A DNA stretch of 64,000 nt from the human T2T-CHM13v2.0 reference genome, Homo sapiens (GCF_009914755.1 NC_060930.1), one strand, 5' to 3'. Positions 13,691 through 29,162 are shown, counted from the stretch's first letter. The notes: generated from the sequence alone by a model not told the origin. Made by a program: numbers and translations.

Positions 13691-14139
13691 CTAGGAAAAT
13701 CCTGCCTTCTGTTAAATGGACACACTTGGAAGGGCTGAGGGCAAAAGAAACTGTCCACCATGCAGAGGTCCAGAAAGCAGAGTAGGCATGGAGAGGTGGA
13801 GGTGGGGGTGACTGGGAGCCTGGGGTCACTGTGGGCTGCACCCGGGTGAGAGTTTGGGCCTTTTAACAGGATGGGGTGAGCCAGATGAATTCCAGAGTGT
13901 TTTCAAGTAGCAGTAAAAGTCTGCATGGGCAGTTCACACTTACCCATCACTAGTTATTTAAAATTGCTCTTTTCCATGCATATATCAGTTTGTTGGTGCT
14001 GAAAAGAGGAGTGGCTCATTTCACTATGCCTGAAAGGGGTTTTGGTTCAGAGCTAGCATGGAGTAGGGTTGCCCCTCACAAAGAATGAAGAGTTTGATAG
14101 CAGAGGCCTTGGGTGAAGCCTGATGGCATGAAGACTTCA

Positions 14140-14490
14140 TTCTTTTCCTGAAAACCTTTCAATGAATTCCCATTGCCTTTAGGGTACAATCTAGAATCCA
14201 CAATGCTAGGTACAGAGGTCTTCACACTCTGGCCTGAGGCAGTTTCTCCCTTCTTTCCTGGACTGCAGTCACAGAGGATGTGTTCTATTTCCTTGCATTC
14301 ACGGTGCTTTCTCCAGCATCAAGGCCTTCACAAGTATTTGTGGCTTTCTTAGGATGGGTTTTCTCTTGCTTTATTAGCTAGCTTCTACTGATTCTTCTAA
14401 TAACAACTCAAGTGTCTCTTTTAAGGGAAAACTTTCTTAAGTACCAAACTAGGACTCCTTTCTCCTCTCCTTTCTCAACTTATCTCACAG
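14140..14490 (+). mobile_element. L2 fragment
   Basis: AAAACCTTTCAATGAATTCCCATTGCCTTTAGGG, an L2 3' region motif. Confidence 0.55.
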
Positions 14491-14495
14491 TTTGC

Positions 14496-14834
<339 letters not shown>

Positions 14835-14873
14835 TAAATTTTCTGTTTTCTACCAGAAATGGTAGGCTAGGAG

Positions 14874-14985
14874 AGGGGTGACCAACTCCTTCCAGTTTAC
14901 CTGGAACTTCCCTAGTTTTATAGCTCCAAGTCCAGTGTCCTGGGAACTCCTCAGCCGGGGCAAACCAGGATGCTTTGTCATCCTA
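14874..14985. mobile_element. MER81-like hAT-Blackjack MITE
   Basis: Inverted ends GGGTGACCAAC / TTGTCATCCTA; internal GGCAAACCAGGA. Confidence 0.75.
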
Positions 14986-16424
14986 GTCTGGTCCACAACA
15001 CACCCTAGATCTAGCACTGGCCAGCACCTATCATACGCTCAATATATATGCATGAAAAAAAAAATATGTGCACGAAACAAAATTGAGTAGTGCTTAAAGT
15101 GGGTAAAAGAGAAATTAGCCATCACTCTCAATATTCCCCTGACCTCAACAAATGTTCCTTGAGAAGGAGAAAAAATGGCAAACAGCCACTATTCAAAATG
15201 ATTTTAGGAGTCTGACTCCAACCTTTCACCCTGAAAGGCAGTGGTTGAATTTAAGACTATAGACAAATAGCAAGATAATATGTAAGTCCAGTCTGCTGAA
15301 CATGGGGGTGTCCATTTGTTCATTCAGCAAATAGTATTTTTTTGTGCCTATCCTCAAAATACATCTCTCTACCAGGTTCACTAGTAAATTATATTCATTC
15401 TCTTGGGAGAGTTTTTGTAAATTACCTAGTGAAATGCAAATACTGTGATAGGAGATGACTCTAAACTCTATCAGCTGTGATTCTGAAGTGGGGGGAGGAA
15501 TTAGCATGGGTTCCAGGCTAATGTCTGCAGACATTAGGACTCCTACGGTGGCCTGGGTCAGGCTATGACAACATCCTACTTGCCTTCACATGTCTCTTCT
15601 TCCTCCACAACCCCTGGGGACATGGATGTCTCTCTAAGTAAATGTATGATCTGTGCCCATGAAGAAATGAAGTGCCTTGCAAAGAACACAATGTCCTGAC
15701 TCAAGCTCCAGTAAACAAACTCAGTAATTTATGTGGGAAGTCCTTTGTAATTTTACACAGACCCTTGACTGCTTTAAACTGTTTAGGAGTATTTATTCAT
15801 ACAGCATGTTTAAGAGTCAGCATCAAGGATTTCAATCTTCCAAACAAGAAAATTAGAAAGCAAGTTTCGTTCCCACAGTGACAGAGGAAGGGCAGAGGCT
15901 ATTAGGACAACTCATCTCCTACAATATTAAAAACACCCTGGCAGGCTTTGCCAGGTCACAAGAAGGACCCGCCGGAGCTGGGAGTGGGAAGAGCAGCTGT
16001 GGTGGTGGCTCGCAGACAGGTGCGTGGGCAACTTGTCTCTGCTCGTGAGGTCAGATATTGAAATGAGAAAAAAGGAAGCTGAAATGCTTCTCCCCAGACC
16101 CATGATTTCTATTTTACTCAGAAAGCATGTCTTTACTTCAGACATTAGGGAAAATATGAAGCTAAGCAAAGCGTGAAAAACAGTCTAGAAAAGAAATAGG
16201 GGAAGATGTTCGGCTGTTTTTCACCTGCTTAGAACCAAGCCCATTAATAGAACGGGAGCATCAATTCCTTTCACTTCCCTCATCACAAGCAGTGGTGATG
16301 GAGAAAACCAGGATATTCCTCCAAGCGTTCTTGACCCTGACAGCTGTTTCAAAGATATGTGGTTCTATCATAGGATGAACCTGTGCACAGAGAGTGGCAC
16401 AGATCAACCAAGACCCATTAGTAC

Positions 16425-17420
16425 CTGTTCCGGTTTGCTATGTTGCAAATTACCTTAAAACTTTAGTTGCTTAAAACAACCACCATTTTATTATGTTTCT
16501 TGCTTTTATGGGTCAGGGATTTGGGCAGGGTTCAGTTGGAAGGTTCTTCTGTTCCAGGTGGCATGGACTGTGCTTGGTTGGTGGTGGATTCAGTTGGCGG
16601 GTGGGCTGGTATGGAGGACAGTTTCCTGCACAGATGTGCCTCAGAGGGTGTGGTGGGCTCAATAATGGTCCCCAAAGATATTCAGGTGTGAATCCCTGGA
16701 ATCTGTGACTGTTACCTTATATGGCAAAAGGGACTCTGCAGGTGTGATTAAGGATGCTGAGATGGGGAGATCATCCTAAATTGTCTGGGTGGACCCTAAA
16801 TACAATCAGAAATGTTCTTACAAGAGGAAGGGAGAGGGAGATTTCACTACAGAGAAGAAAAAGGCCCTGTGAGGACTGACACAAGATGTCACATTGCTGG
16901 CTTCGAAGATGGTGGGAGAGGACATGAACCAAAGAATGCATGGAGTTCTGCTGTCATTGCTGGGAAAAGGCAGGGAAACAGGTTCTTCTCTAGAATCCCT
17001 GGGAGAAGCGAGGCCCTGCTGACACCATGGTCTCAGCCCAGTGAAATTGATTTTGGGCTTCTGACCTCCAGAACTATAAAAAAATAATGTGTGCTGCTTT
17101 AAGTCACCAAGTTTGTGGCAATTTGTATAGCAGCCATAAAAAAAAAATAAACCAACAAACCTAACATAGTAGAGATGACCAGATGACTGGAGTGAACTGA
17201 GACTATTGAAGAGTGGGTGGTGCCATGGCCTCTCTGGCATGGCAGCTGTTCTCAGCGTTTCACATGGCTCCCAGAGAATGTCCAAGAGAGGAAGTGGAAG
17301 TTTCCAATTTCTTAACCCTGGGGCAAAGCAATCACAGAGCCTGCCCCAGTTCAAAGGATGAAAACATAAACTTTACTTTTCCATAAAAGGAGCATCAAAG
17401 ACTTTGTGGCCGTCTTTTTA
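16425..17420 (-). mobile_element. Old MLT1 (F/G/H-like) LTR split by an MLT1D insertion
   Basis: AAATTACCTTAAAACTTTAGTTGCTTAAAACAAC...GGGTCAGGGATTTGGGCAGGG; resumes after about 17170. Confidence 0.6.
16649..17157 (+). mobile_element. MLT1D LTR
   Basis: TGTGGTGGGCTCAATAATGGTCCCCAAAGATATTCAGG...CTTCTGACCTCCAGAACTATAA...TTTAAGTCACCAAGTTTGTGG. Confidence 0.85.
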
Positions 17421-17929
17421 CTGCAGGAAAGAACACTTTGAAAACTCATGCCCTACTGACTGTGGAGCAACACCATAATGTCTGCATGCTTATTTAATTT
17501 GCTGACTTTCAAAATCCTGGTTCTGTTGTGGGTAAAATCATTTATCAGTTTGATATAAAAAACAGAGTCATAGGGATTATTTTGTATTCCTGATGGAATC
17601 CAAAATCACACTGGCTTATGTCATTTTGGAAGAGGTCAAGAAAACAAGCAGGCTTGTTACAGGGTGTTCATTTATTCATTTCTAGTCTTTCTGCATACTT
17701 GGCTGGAAGATAGACATTGTATCAGCAAGTGGGGCCAGTAATGCAGAAGACAGTGTGACAAAACTGATTGATCTTCATTGAAAAACTGGAGAGCTGGTAC
17801 AGGATTTCTCTGTTCTTTAGTCTGAGCATAATGAGTACCATGAAGTAGACAGACTCTACTGCAGCTTCTCAGAAAGTGCTGCTGTCACCTCCACTTCCAA
17901 TCCAATGTGTTGTACAGATGAATGTTCAG

Positions 17930-18070
17930 AGTTATTCAGACACTTTCCCATATGTCATCTCCTTTGATCTTCATCACATTCTACCTCTCAGCTCGTTATT
18001 TCTAATAATAGGAAACTCAGTCTGAGAAAAGTCACCTAGCTAAATAAATGATCAAGCCAAGACTTTGGGT
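17930..18070 (-). mobile_element. MIR fragment
   Basis: CACTTTCCCATATGTCATCTCCTTTGATCTTCATCAC...GGAAACTCAGTCTGAGA. Confidence 0.5.
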
Positions 18071-18872
18071 TGGCCTTCCTCTTTTTTCCCAGCTGAGGGA
18101 AGGTTCCCAGGGGTGGACACATGATACAAAAGCACAGAGGAGCAGGTTTCCCACACATTTCTCATGCCATTTTTCTCCTCATTGCAGACGTATGCTGATT
18201 TCACACAACTGGCTGACTTAACAGGTGTTCAAGAGTTTGAGCACCTGGAGTAGAGATGAATCTGAGATGGGGGTAGCTGCATCAGCCCCATGCAATGCAC
18301 ACTGGCTGATGTCTTGAAGCTCTTTAGATTACACTTTTGCATTTGCTTCTACAGTGGAGAATAATACAGTCAGGACATCAGGGACCTGCACTTTGATCAT
18401 GAAAACAAACTGGCTGGACCTACCATATTGGTAGAAGCCCAGTCACCTTCCAGCTGCCTCGAGATATATGTTTGGGTGTGTGCAGGAGTCCATGAAAAGT
18501 GGGGCAATGAGTGCCTCTCTGAGTGATCTCTGGGCTTTTAAGAAATCAAAACAACATAAGACAAATAATAAAGATGAAACTCCTCTTACCACAGCTGGAG
18601 ACCTCTGAGGAAAAGGATTATTTTCTGGTCAGAAACTTATGAGACTACTTTCCTTGTATGGGAACAATGGCTGGACATCCAGAACTCCTAGCTGAGATCA
18701 AGCTGTCTTCGTGGTGGGAAGGGCTTCCAGGGTCCTGGCTGAGTTATCATCACCATCCACCTCTACTTTTCCTCAAGAGCCAACTCCAGGCCAGGCATTG
18801 TACTAGGTCTTTTATTTAAAGCTTTATTATTATTATTATTTTGGCATAAAAGGTATATTTTCTCCAAAACCC

Positions 18873-19296
18873 TGTGTTAGCATATTTTTGTATTGCTGTA
18901 AAGGAATACCAGAGGCTGGGTAATTTATAAAAGAAAAGATGTTTATTGGGTTCATGGTTCTGCAGGCTATGCGAGAAGCATGGTGCTGGTACCTGCTTCT
19001 GGTGAGGGCCTCAGGCTGCTTCCACTCATGGCAGAAGGGGAAGGGGAGCTGGTGTGTGTAGAGGTCACAAGGAAGGAAAGAAGGGCAGGGAGGTGCCAGG
19101 CTCTTTTCAACAACCAGTTCTCTTGGGAACTAAGAGGGAGAAATCATTCCCTAGAGAATGACACCAAGCCATTCATAAGGGATCCACCCCTGTGACCCAA
19201 ACACTTCCCACCAGGTCCCACCAGGCCTTTAACAACAGGGCTCAAATTTCAACAGGAGACTTGCAGGGCCAGACAAACCATATGCAAACCAGAGCA
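18873..19296 (-). mobile_element. MSTB-like MaLR solo LTR
   Basis: TGTGTTAG...GCTGTAAAGGAATACCAGAGGCTGGGTAATTTATAAA...CAAATTTCAACAGGAG...CAAACCAGAGCA. Confidence 0.88.
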
Positions 19297-19691
19297 GCCC
19301 CTTCTAAGGAAAGTATCTCCAAATTTCCCTGTTTCTAGTGAGCCACAGTACACAGGGCTTCTGCGCACAGGTGACAACTTAATCAGAGAAGGAAAAATGA
19401 GATGGAGTTATGCTCATAACATTTTACAGTTTTATTACTATAACAAGTTTCAGAAGCAACTAAGGTGTTATTAATACTAACATTCAAACTTCCATGTTAC
19501 AGACTTTATAAAGAAATGTGGTGAAGGGGCTGCAGAGTGGTATTTTGGTCTTGTCACCAACCAAGAAAATGGAAAAGAAGTATACTGAAAGCTGCTAAAT
19601 GCAGCAAACACCACCCCTGGAAGGGAACTGGAAGGGGCCATGTATCAAGTAGGGGTTCCTTCAGTTGAGTGTGACAGAAAACCGAAAATAG

Positions 19692-19968
19692 GGGCCATGC
19701 ACGGTGGCTCATGCCTGTAATCCCTGCACTTTGGGAGGCTGAGGCAGGAGGATTGCTTGAGCCCAGGAGTTAGAGACAAGCCCTGGTATATCTAACTCAT
19801 CTCTGCAAAAAATAAAAAGAATCAGCTGAGTGTAGTGGCATGCACCTGCAGTCCCAATTACTTGGAAGGCTGAGGCAGGAGGATTGCTTGAGGCAGGAGG
19901 TCGAGGCTGCAGTGAGCCGTGATCGCGCCACTGCACTCCAGCCTGCATCACAGAGCAAAATCCCGTCC
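19692..19968 (+). mobile_element. AluJo lacking a poly(A) tail, inside an old MLT1 LTR (about 19640-20380)
   Basis: GGAGGATTGCTTGAG in both arms; ends CAAAATCCCGTCC with no A tail. Confidence 0.85.
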
Positions 19969-21848
19969 AATGCCAAATAGTTACGTCTTATTCAAGATAG
20001 ATGCATTTTCTTTCTTTCCATAAAAGGAGCCCCCAGGGTAGATAGTACGCTTAGGTACAGTAGCTCCACAATGGTCAGGGATCCATCTCTCTCTCTCATC
20101 CATCCACTGTCTGTCATCTGATGTGCCATGGTCTAGGAAGGCTTCCTGGATTGCAGCCAAGGTAGCTGCATTTCATCCACCAGGAAGAAGGGAGACAGAA
20201 AAAAGCAGCAGAGATGAACCCACTATCTTTTAAGGGACTCCCTAGAAGCTGCCACATACACTGCCACTTTACCTCTATAAGGAGGATGGAAAATATCATC
20301 TTTAATCTGGGTCAACCTATACTTAGTTCAAAATCAAAGTCTGCATAACTAAGAAAGATAGGAAAAACCGGTATGGATAGACCAAACATGGGAATTAGAA
20401 AAAGAGCTGATTTCTGCCTGGATTTCAGCATATACTACTACAAACATATTAACATTAACACATTAACATTTAACAAGTCATGACTCCCCCTTCCAAAACT
20501 GCATTAAATTAATTCTTAACACATGTACCATGAAACTACTTTTCTTTTCCCCAAAATCTTTTCCTGGTAAAATTGGCATGTATCTTATGTTCATTCATGT
20601 CATATTTTGATACACATGATAAAAATCTCATTGAATTGGCTATCTCAAACCCATGAAGCAGGCAATATTATTATTATGGTTCAGTAGGATTAGGAAGTCT
20701 GTTTAGGCCCAACCAGGATCGAAATCCAGATGCATCTGGTTTCAAAATATTTAATGCTTTCTGAAAATGTACCAAAACTGTTGGACTTCAGGAAAAAAAA
20801 TAGCCTTGGTGTGAGAAGCTTTTCCCAGTTTGTCCCATATGAGAACATTGTTTGGTGGTAGAAAGAGGCATTTTAAAGCTGAGGAAGATGTGGTACTGCA
20901 ATATTAATATAAAGAGAAATTGCAACAGAATACCGACCAATCTGTCTTGGTCAGACCATTCTGTGTAACTATAAAGGGGCAGTATTTTTGGCTCCTGAGT
21001 CCTTTAAGCAGTGTTTTGTTGCTTCTGCAACAGCGACATAGTAGGTCCCAGCTGAATTTGTGTTGCAGCCTGGTGGGCAGCCGGTGTAAACAATCCAAAC
21101 TGAATTTCCTTGCTTGCAAATACTATGGCAGATCCCTGAATGCAGAGCAGATGTGAGAAATAAACTCTTGAACCATTTATATCTGTTGTAAATTGGAAGG
21201 GGAAAAAACATCCCCAAGTAGAAAAATAGCTTGGTTTGGTATTAGAAGAACGTATTTTTTTAAAAGATGCCACATGAAGAAATTTGAATATCAAAATGGC
21301 ATTGGGGAAAGTTGGTTAATAAAGTATTGGAATCCAAATGTTTCCTAGAAACAGGTGTTATCCTTTATCAGCATTATAATTTAATTGGGTGTTCAAATGT
21401 TTAAGTCTTAAATTCAGGGAATACCTACTAGCATTTTGCTCCAGATTCCACAAAAGTAAATTTGAGTATTGTCATGACAGAAATATATATACAGTTGCTA
21501 AGGCCAGAGGTTTACCCACAGGTCCTTCCCTGTATGGCCCAGCCACATGAGAGAAATTTTGAATAAAGCACATCTATATTTCTATATTGGCTTTGATACA
21601 ATTTGATGGGCCATCTGCTCCCAGACAGCTAGGTCCCCTGGAGCTGTCTCTAAGCATCTGAATGACTCTCTGGTCCACAGCCAGCTGTGTTCACACAGTC
21701 AGAGGCTTCAAAACAAGTCCCGGGTCTGAGCTGAAAACAGTGGTATTGTTTAAAAGATACAGCTCTCAAATTTTACCATTTGAAAAGAAATATAGTGAAG
21801 GTCATTGCTACCTTCTACACCACGGGAAAAAGATGTTGGTTGGGCATG

Positions 21849-21952
21849 GGTTCACCGCAAACTCTGTCCCTGAGGTTCAAGCCATCCTCCCACCTCAGCC
21901 TCCCAAGTAGCTGGGGCTACAGGCACACACCACCACGCATGGCTAATTTTTT
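21849..21952 (-). mobile_element. AluJ right-arm fragment
   Basis: GGTTCAAGCCATCCTCCCACCTCAGCCTCCCAAGTAGCTGGGGCTACAGGC. Confidence 0.85.
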
Positions 21953-22470
21953 CCATTGTTGGAAAACTGGTAAACTGTTAGTGTCCCATTGAAACCCAAT
22001 TTTACTGTGAGTAAAATTAACCTCTGAATCCCATAAGGCCCTAAAGAAATTATCCCCAAATCAGTGACTTGTCCTCATTAATGCCTTTGGACTCATTGTT
22101 AGGTGCAATCACAAAAGATATAAAAGGCATCTGCATATTATGGAGTTTATCTCTAAAATAGGCAAGATGAGTTCTTTCCTGGATGTATAATTGAGAACTT
22201 AAAATACCTTTGGAATGCCAGTTTCCAAACAACTACTCCCAGTGAAGGAGTTGTGAAGTATTGCTGCTTATTCTCTGTTCCTTGAACTATGATGGAGTGC
22301 TGTGGATGACTCTCTCGGGAGGAAGGGTACTGAGGAGACAAGGGCATTTCTTAACCACAGAACTACAGAAATAATACCCTTTCCACTCTCCGCACTGTTG
22401 AGTGGGATCTTCAAGGCTGGGACACATACACTTTTATGGGAAAGTTCTTTCTGGATTTACACAAGTGTGA

Positions 22471-23430
<960 letters not shown>

Positions 23431-23651
23431 ATGGAAGAAGGCCACTGTAGGTGGAAGGCAGGGATGGAGGGGCTTGGGGAAGAGCCACATTCCCATGTCC
23501 CTGCGCTTCTCAGCTACTGCAGCCCTGTCATCTTCAGGTTTACAGAGAAATCCAAATGAACAGTAGGAAGCCGGAACCTACCTGTTGACCAGGATTTCAC
23601 TTCCTGTTTTTAGGTGTATTTCACGTTTTTTGCATCTTGTTTTAAAGAGTG

Positions 23652-24130
23652 CCAGCAATCCCACTATTGGTATATAGCCAAAAGGCAATACATTTTTATG
23701 TCAAAAAGATACCTGCATTCATACGTTTATCACAGCGCTATTCACAGTAGCAAAGATATGGAATCCACCTAAGCGTCTATCAACAGAGGGTTAAATAAAG
23801 AGTCCATAAAAAAGAATGAAATTGTGTCTTTTGCAGCAGCATGGATGGAACTGGAGGCTTTTATCCTAACTGAAATAACTCAGAAACAGAAAGCCAAATA
23901 CCGCATGTTCTCACTTATAAGTGGGAGCTAAACAATGGGTACGCATAGACATAGAGGGGAATAGTAGACGTTGGAGACTAAAAAAGGGTTTTGGGGGGGT
24001 GAGGGTTGAAAAATGACGTATTGGGTACAGTGTTCACTATTCAGGCAATGGGCACACAGAAAGTTCAGACTTCACCACTACGTAACATTTGAAATAAGAA
24101 ATCTGCACTCATACCCCTATAATATAAATA
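23652..24130 (+). mobile_element. L1PB-like 3' end
   Basis: CCAGCAATCCCACT...GCATGGATGGAACTGGAGG...GTTCTCACTTATAAGTGGGAGCTAAAC...CAGACTTCACCACTA. Confidence 0.88.
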
Positions 24131-24133
24131 CAT

Positions 24134-24151
24134 AGATTAGATAGATAGACG

Positions 24152-24193
<42 letters not shown>

Positions 24194-24210
24194 CAGATAG
24201 ATAGATCGAT
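24134..24210. repeat. (GATA)n tetranucleotide STR in the L1 tail
   Basis: Run of ATAG units with GACA/GACG interruptions. Confidence 0.95.
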
Positions 24211-25749
24211 CAAGAATCCTAGGAGGCTCATAATTAAATCCAATGTTCATGACTGAATTATCCTTACCCCACCTTTAACCTTCATCTACCTGCCTCCCAC
24301 ATCCCCCACTATGAATAATGTGAGCGATTCATCACATTTAATTCTTTCAGTTGTTTCTTTGGGTTTTTTATTCCCACATTTCTAAATATGCTTATACTGC
24401 TAATCATTCATCTCCCAATTTTAAACCTATCCATTTGTGTCCTGTTTTTGCAGATGAAGGCTCAGCCTGTCTCTCATACCTCACTCTCCCTATCACACCA
24501 ACATGGTTATAGTCACCATTGTTGACATCAGCAGAAACTTTGTGAATATTGTTCACCGCGGAGCCTGCTGTATACTGTGATCATGCATTTTTCTTCACAG
24601 TTTTTGGCTTTCCTTGAATTAATACTTTGCTTCATTTCTTTATTTGCTTTATGTATATATTCCTCATATTTCTCCATCAAATCTGAAAAAAAAATTCCTG
24701 TATTGAGAGCACATTCCCCGCCACCAGCATTTTGGGAAGAACAGAGTGAGTAAAGGGCATAGCTCAGTCATAGACGTTTCATAATCTTTCTGTTTTTAGG
24801 ATGGGAGCTCCCTGCCTCTCCACCGTGCCTGGCATCTGGAGCCTCTCTAGGTGAATATATTTAGAGACTAAATCTGCATCTCTGGGGCAGGGTGTCTGGG
24901 GAGGCATTTTGAGGGTTCTAGTTGCAGAGTGGTTTCCTCTTATCACCTGCCTTCCATTCTCTTACCAGCTTCCAAAAATCAGTTAACCTTGCTCATCTGC
25001 TGATGCATCTTCTCCTGTTCTCTTTGTCCCTTTGGGCTTCTGCCTATTTTATTCTATTTCCTTTATTTTAGTGGCATTTCAAGGGAGGGCAGGGCCAGCC
25101 TGCCATGTTGCCTGGCAGTCCCCTGCGGTTTCAGGGTCAGCTGCCCTCTCAGCCCAGTGGCCAGGCCCCGCGTCAGGCCTGAGACTAGCGTGGACTGCGC
25201 AGGGATGTGGGGGAGGGGCTTTTGTGTTAACCACCAGTTCCCTTGAACTTCCTGCCTGCCTGCTTTCTGCTTTGCAGCGTTGTGCCTGCACCAAAGCCTG
25301 GAGGTGTGTCAGGGAGGCTCGCAGGGGAGGTTCTTGCCCATATGTGCAGGAATGACACTGGCTGATAAGAAACATACTTTTTTATTACTCTTTAAGCAAA
25401 ACTTTCAATAGTCAAAATCCCCCTCCCCTCGCCTCTCTTTCTCTCTTGTGTTTCTATAATAACTTCATTGGATCTGGGCATCTGGATTATAGGTGTTCAT
25501 TGAAAACCTCAAAATAACAGGGTCTGTTTCCCTTCTCCTGGGAAGGCCCCATGTGAACTCCACAGCCCGTCTTCTAGGATCCCAGTCCCTCATTCTCTGC
25601 TTGATGAAGACCTCGGAGGAGGGATGGTGGAGAAGGGGACTGGGAAGCAGGCAGGCTTTGGCATTCCAAAATGAACGGACATGAAAAGAGAACATCTTGG
25701 AAATATCTATTTAGAAAAGGTCAATGAGAAGAAACAAAATAAAATGTAG

Positions 25750-26780
25750 CTGGGAGCTCGCTTGACCTCTTCGCCTGGTGTGAAGAAGCCTCACCAACTT
25801 AGAGAAATTCACATTCTCCCTGGTTACTCAGCATCGGCATTGGAGATGGTGAATAATGCAGTGGAATCCTTCCACGCAGAGGCTGCACTCCTGGCATAGG
25901 GTCGGCCATGCCACTAACAGCTGGGAGTGAATCTCTGCAGCCACTGAAAATAGGGATTTGTAATGGAAATGCTGACAGACCCTTAACCATGGCAGTGCTA
26001 GCAAGAGCTGCGATAATACAGTAAATAAGGTGAATGGGCTCGGCTTATCTCATTTCACAGCTGAGCTGTGTATTGCCAGATAAATCAAATCAGGGTAAAC
26101 GGCTTCATCTAATAAACTGGGTCAACATATAATGTATTTGTTCAGGTTCGCGCTTTCATTGATTCTCATTTGATTTAAGAAGAGATATTTCAGCTCATGT
26201 TTGAACATTTTTACTATTCATCCTTCCTTCTGGTAAGGAGAGACTGAGAGGCAGGGACACACAGCTGGGATTTTTTTTTTCCTTTAAATTAATTAAGTTT
26301 TCTGATTCTTGTAAGTTCTTCTGCTTTTCATCTTTATGCATCAACGTGGGGGAGGGGTAGCAGGACCGCCTGGGGAGAAAGCCAAGAAGAAGCAAGAGAA
26401 AGCACTCCGTCTCTTCATCTGCATTTCCCAATAACGTTTTAGTGATGTTTGCTAATGTATCATTCATTAACCATCAGCCACTATAAAAAACATAATCTAT
26501 CTCGCAAAGTGGACATTATTATCGCATTAAATCATTTCACAATATACCTGAACGGTTCCACATGAGAGGCCTGGTCTGGCCAAGCTCAGACGCCTCCGGG
26601 GCAATTCTTCAGCAGTAATGAGATACGAGGTCTCTCTGTGATGAATACGATATTACTCGTGTCAGTGGTTGCGGACTGCACCCAGAATATTTCTTCTCAC
26701 AGGTTTTTGTTTTTTTTTTTCCTTCCATAGCAGAGGAACTGAGGCAAAGCACTATTAACCCAGTAAATGAAGCTCTAAAG
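25750..26780. promoter_or_regulatory. Candidate conserved non-coding element / enhancer
   Basis: Lies in a ~3 kb block with no recognisable repeat. Contains TGACAG (25973), ATAAATCA (26080), TGATTTAA (26171), TTAAATCA (26527), many TAAT cores and retained CpGs. Conservation not tested. Confidence 0.5.
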
Positions 26781-28269
26781 ATCACAGAGTGTGTCCATTA
26801 GGAGACAAGATGGAGACTAATCCAATTTTTCTTGCAGGAAGGGAAGATGATGCTTTGGTAACATCTGGGGACCGCAGGCCCTGCATTGCAGATGAGGCTC
26901 TGTGTTTGGGTCCTCTCCATCCCTCTCCTTTCTATCTCTTCCTTCTCTGCCTTTGTCTAAGGACAATTATTACATTGTCCCCTCCTCTCCCTCAAGCCTC
27001 TCTTTCCGAAAACCTCCTTGAAGGTGATTAAAATAATGTCCATGGCTGGAGGAAGAAATGCAAAAGGGTAAAGGGTGGAGGGAGAGAGAAAGAGCCAAAA
27101 GGTAAGGCTTCCCACTTCACATTGCTGGGACTATTTCCTGAGGCTTCAGGTCTGTGTTGTAGACGGGCTGGACTTTGCAAAAGGGTGAGTTGGAAGGTGC
27201 AGGGACCATTTGCTTTCTGTTCCTGTTAAAATCACGTCAAACAGTCCTGCTTTTTGGGAAATAATCCGTGTTTTTTTCTCTCATAAGGGCCTTCACTTGT
27301 TTCTTTTATTTCTCAGAAAACTGTTTGCAGGTATTTGTTTAAAATGTTGATGGATAAGTGCAAGATTCCAGATCCTAGCCATAGGCTAGGATGGGAGGAA
27401 TATCTTGAAGAGTAAAATAAAAACAGAAACAGAGTGGTGATTTTTTTCCCTAACCTTGTTCTAAACCTTTCTCCCTTTCCTTTTCTTCAACAAACACTTA
27501 TGTGTCCACTTTATGAGGTACCTTGCACAGGCCACTTATGCTTCATGGTGTCGTTACCTCAGTGAACAAATACAAAACAAATAAAAAGCCACAAACAGAA
27601 GAGCCACAAAAGAGCTGCAAGGATGTCCCAGTTAAAATTGGGTGTACAGGCTGGCAACTGTGTCACATGTAACTAAATGTGATGTGTGATTTTTTTTTTT
27701 AATGACAACCCTACATCATTCCTTCCCAAGAGAACATCAAAAATATATTCCCCTGGAGAGTAGCCTAGAGAGTCAGAAAATAGATCCTTTTTCCCCACAG
27801 GTTTGTTTTCTGCAGTTAATCAATTCAGAAGGATTAGCTTAATTTTCCACACTTAAAAATGCAGGTTGAAACACCCCCTTTGAAAGTCAAATTTATACTA
27901 TTTCACATTACTCTGATATATTAGCTCAGGTGATGTGGAAAATGTAATTTAGAAAACATTTTGGCTTACTCATGGTCTTTAGAAAGGACAGCATGGTAGG
28001 AGTCATGATTTTGTGTCTAAATGGATGTACACTCAACTTCCATTCTCATGCTGAAATGACCTTATAGATTGTATTAGTTTCAGTGAAACTTATTTACATT
28101 GAGCGAATGAATCAATGTCTCTCTGAACCCCCCCACCCACTTTCCCTTGTCCTTCCCGTTTCTCTTCCTTTTTTTTTTTCTTTCTCATGTAACAGAAAGA
28201 CTAGAAACCAGTTGCTGGGAGCATTTTACTGACAATGTCCTCATTTATACCCTACTAAGAAAATATTTG

Positions 28270-28622
<353 letters not shown>

Positions 28623-29162
28623 CTAACGTCTTTTTATTGATTTGACTTTTCTTCAATTTATAAGGCTCACGTGAGTTTTTGTTTAAATTAAATGATCCAG
28701 ATAATGTTAACAAAATCTAGAACTTTTAAAAGGTCATATATTTAGCAGAGCATTATTCTGGCCACTGTTAAGAGGGCTATTTCATTTCATTATGTAGTAT
28801 TTCATTAAGGTACGTTTCTTTTTAACTAGAGAGAAACCTATGGCCCACATCATTAGCTCAGTTCTCATGGTTTTTTAAAAAAATAATCCTCTTTTTCTTT
28901 TTGAAACTTTTGCTCCAATGTGGTTATTCCTTCTAGACTACTTAATAATGATTTTTCCCCATTTATTTGTCCAAAAAATGTTTATTGATACTGATCAGAG
29001 TATTTCTAGCTCTTAGTATTTGTTGTAGTCTCTATAGCTCCCACCAAAGTGCTGGGCACTGAGGAGGTGCTAATAAAATGTGTTGAATTGAATGATCTGT
29101 AATTGTCTTCTAGTTTGTTTTCTAGGTTCTACCTTCACCTGGTTCAGGAACGTTTTAGCTAG

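Noticed and set aside
16818-17354. 178-aa ORF
   Set aside because: It runs antisense through MLT1 LTR sequence and shows no protein similarity I can recognise.
17378-20030. Shared 16-mer TTTCCATAAAAGGAGC near 17378 and 20015
   Set aside because: It is short with no flanking homology and sits in old MLT1 relics; likely chance.
26685-27801. Polypyrimidine-AG splice-acceptor-like sites (about 26703, 26730, 27800)
   Set aside because: No paired donors or reading frame can be supported; lncRNA exons cannot be called from sequence alone.
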